Shown here piece after piece: positions 62,827 through 64,000 of a DNA stretch of 64,000 nt. Position 1 is the stretch's first letter. Every line of letters starts with the position of its first letter. The DNA comes from an uncultured Arcobacter sp. Its GTDB lineage: Bacteria; Campylobacterota; Campylobacteria; Campylobacterales; Arcobacteraceae. The translations under genes and the position numbers were made by a program. The notes beneath the pieces are model-generated. The model did no database searches. It was not told the origin of the DNA and saw only the letters and a list, made by a program, of their open reading frames with translations. The stretch is from assembly GCA_965140705.1 (NCBI GenBank), contig OZ223300.1:704001-768000 (forward strand). The letters run 5' to 3'.

Positions 62827-64000
62827 TTATTCACTTAACTCATGAGTTAAGTCAGCTTCTGCAGCTTCAAGCATAGCAAACTCTTCTTCAGCTGTTTTTG
62901 CAACCAAATGGTTTTTACTATAGAAGAAGTAATATAAAGCACCAATTGCATATAAAACAAGAGTATAATTAAATGCTCTTGGGTCAAAAGCATAAACACC
63001 TGTTAGGGCAATGATAGATAATACAAAAGCAATACCAGAAGTTAGAACTCCACCAGGAGTTTTATAAGGTCTTGGCATATCTGGATTTTTAACTCTTAAT
63101 AAGATATGGCTAAATGCCATTAGTGCATATGAAATAGTTGCACCTACAACTGCCATAGCTAACATCAAATCACCTTCACCAGTTAGTGAAGCTAAGAATC
63201 CTAAAACACCTGGAACAATTAAAGCCCAAGTAGGAGTTTTCTTTTTACTTGTTAAAGATAAAAATTGTGGTAAGTAACCAGCTCTTGATAGGGCAAATAC
63301 TAATCTACTATAACCATATATGATAGAGAAAAATGAAGCAATTAAACCAGCTAAACCTAATACATTAACAATAGTTGCTAAGGTAGTATTCCCATTTACA
63401 TTTAAAGCATCTACTAATGGAACAGCACTTTTACCCATTGCATCAGCACCTGCAACACCTGCAAGTAAAAATACAACTAAAACTGCAGAGATAAGTAGGA
63501 AAATCATAGCTGCAATAATACCTTTTGGCACATCTTTTTCAGGATTTTTTGCTTCTTCAGCAGCTAATGGTACACCTTCAACTGCTAGAAATAACCACAT
63601 ACCAAAAGGTAAAGCAGCCCAAACACCATGCCAACCAAATGGTAAAAAGCTAGTAGCTCCAGCAACATCAGCAGAAGCTTTAATATCAAATAGATTTGAC
63701 ATATCAAAATTACCAATTAGAGCAAGAGCAGTAGCAATAATAGCAAATACAGCCAAAGCACTAATTACCATCATAGTTTTTAAAGCTTCCCCCGCACCAA
63801 ATAAGTGAATAGCAATAAATACTGCATAAAATAGTGCATAAACCAATGGTCCATTAATACCAAGTAAAGCCTCAACAGCAGAACCAATAAAAATAACAAT
63901 AGCGGCAGGTGCAATAGCATATTCTATTAAAATAGCAAGCCCAGTTAAATATCCACCAGCTGGTCCCATAACTTGTCGTGCAAAGCTATATCCACCACCA
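62827..64000 (-). CDS. eat: Ethanolamine permease (APC family); 5' end lies beyond the window
   Basis: GGGYSFAR, LIEYAIAPAAI, WLFLAVEGVPLAAEE, ASFFSIIYGYSR, APEEEF-like tail; frame open to the window edge. Confidence 0.85.
   Translation of the reverse strand, partial: GGGYSFARQVMGPAGGYLTGLAILIEYAIAPAAIVIFIGSAVEALLGINGPLVYALFYAVFIAIHLFGAGEALKTMMVISALAVFAIIATALALIGNFDMSNLFDIKASADVAGATSFLPFGWHGVWAALPFGMWLFLAVEGVPLAAEEAKNPEKDVPKGIIAAMIFLLISAVLVVFLLAGVAGADAMGKSAVPLVDALNVNGNTTLATIVNVLGLAGLIASFFSIIYGYSRLVFALSRAGYLPQFLSLTSKKKTPTWALIVPGVLGFLASLTGEGDLMLAMAVVGATISYALMAFSHILLRVKNPDMPRPYKTPGGVLTSGIAFVLSIIALTGVYAFDPRAFNYTLVLYAIGALYYFFYSKNHLVAKTAEEEFAMLEAAEADLTHELSE

Overview
A very AT-rich, gene-dense chromosomal segment of a Campylobacterota bacterium, most consistent with Arcobacteraceae (gene orders leuS-lptE-folC-M23-bactofilin and accD-thiE-rlmH-dksA-dusB-prmA-ftsH, a short Mfd, and a MutS7-type gene). 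It is mostly core housekeeping DNA. I saw no rRNA, tRNA, CRISPR array, IS element or prophage. The most interesting signals lie outside the ORF track: (1) six TGGAAAAC direct repeats, arranged 3+3 around a stem, with out-of-frame copies of the start-codon context, in the metK leader; (2) a 25-aa Leu-rich leader peptide in a C-rich/G-poor leuA leader with no terminator hairpin, suggesting Rho-dependent attenuation; (3) an orphan transcription unit downstream of groEL with a promoter, GGAGG SD, 7-codon ORF and terminator; (4) two genes that seem to need non-canonical ATC/ATA starts; (5) twin 7-1-7 palindromes upstream of znuA; (6) unannotated small proteins after cydB and before ymdB. Unusual proteins include a chromosomal StbB/ParA-like ATPase with a tail-anchored partner near cheW, a MutS-HNH fusion, a DUF1538-DUF1538-PII fusion, a degenerate primase-SF2 helicase fusion, an OlsF-like lipid synthase and a Cas2/VapD-like ORF before mfd. 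All family assignments come from recognising motifs by eye; no searches were run.
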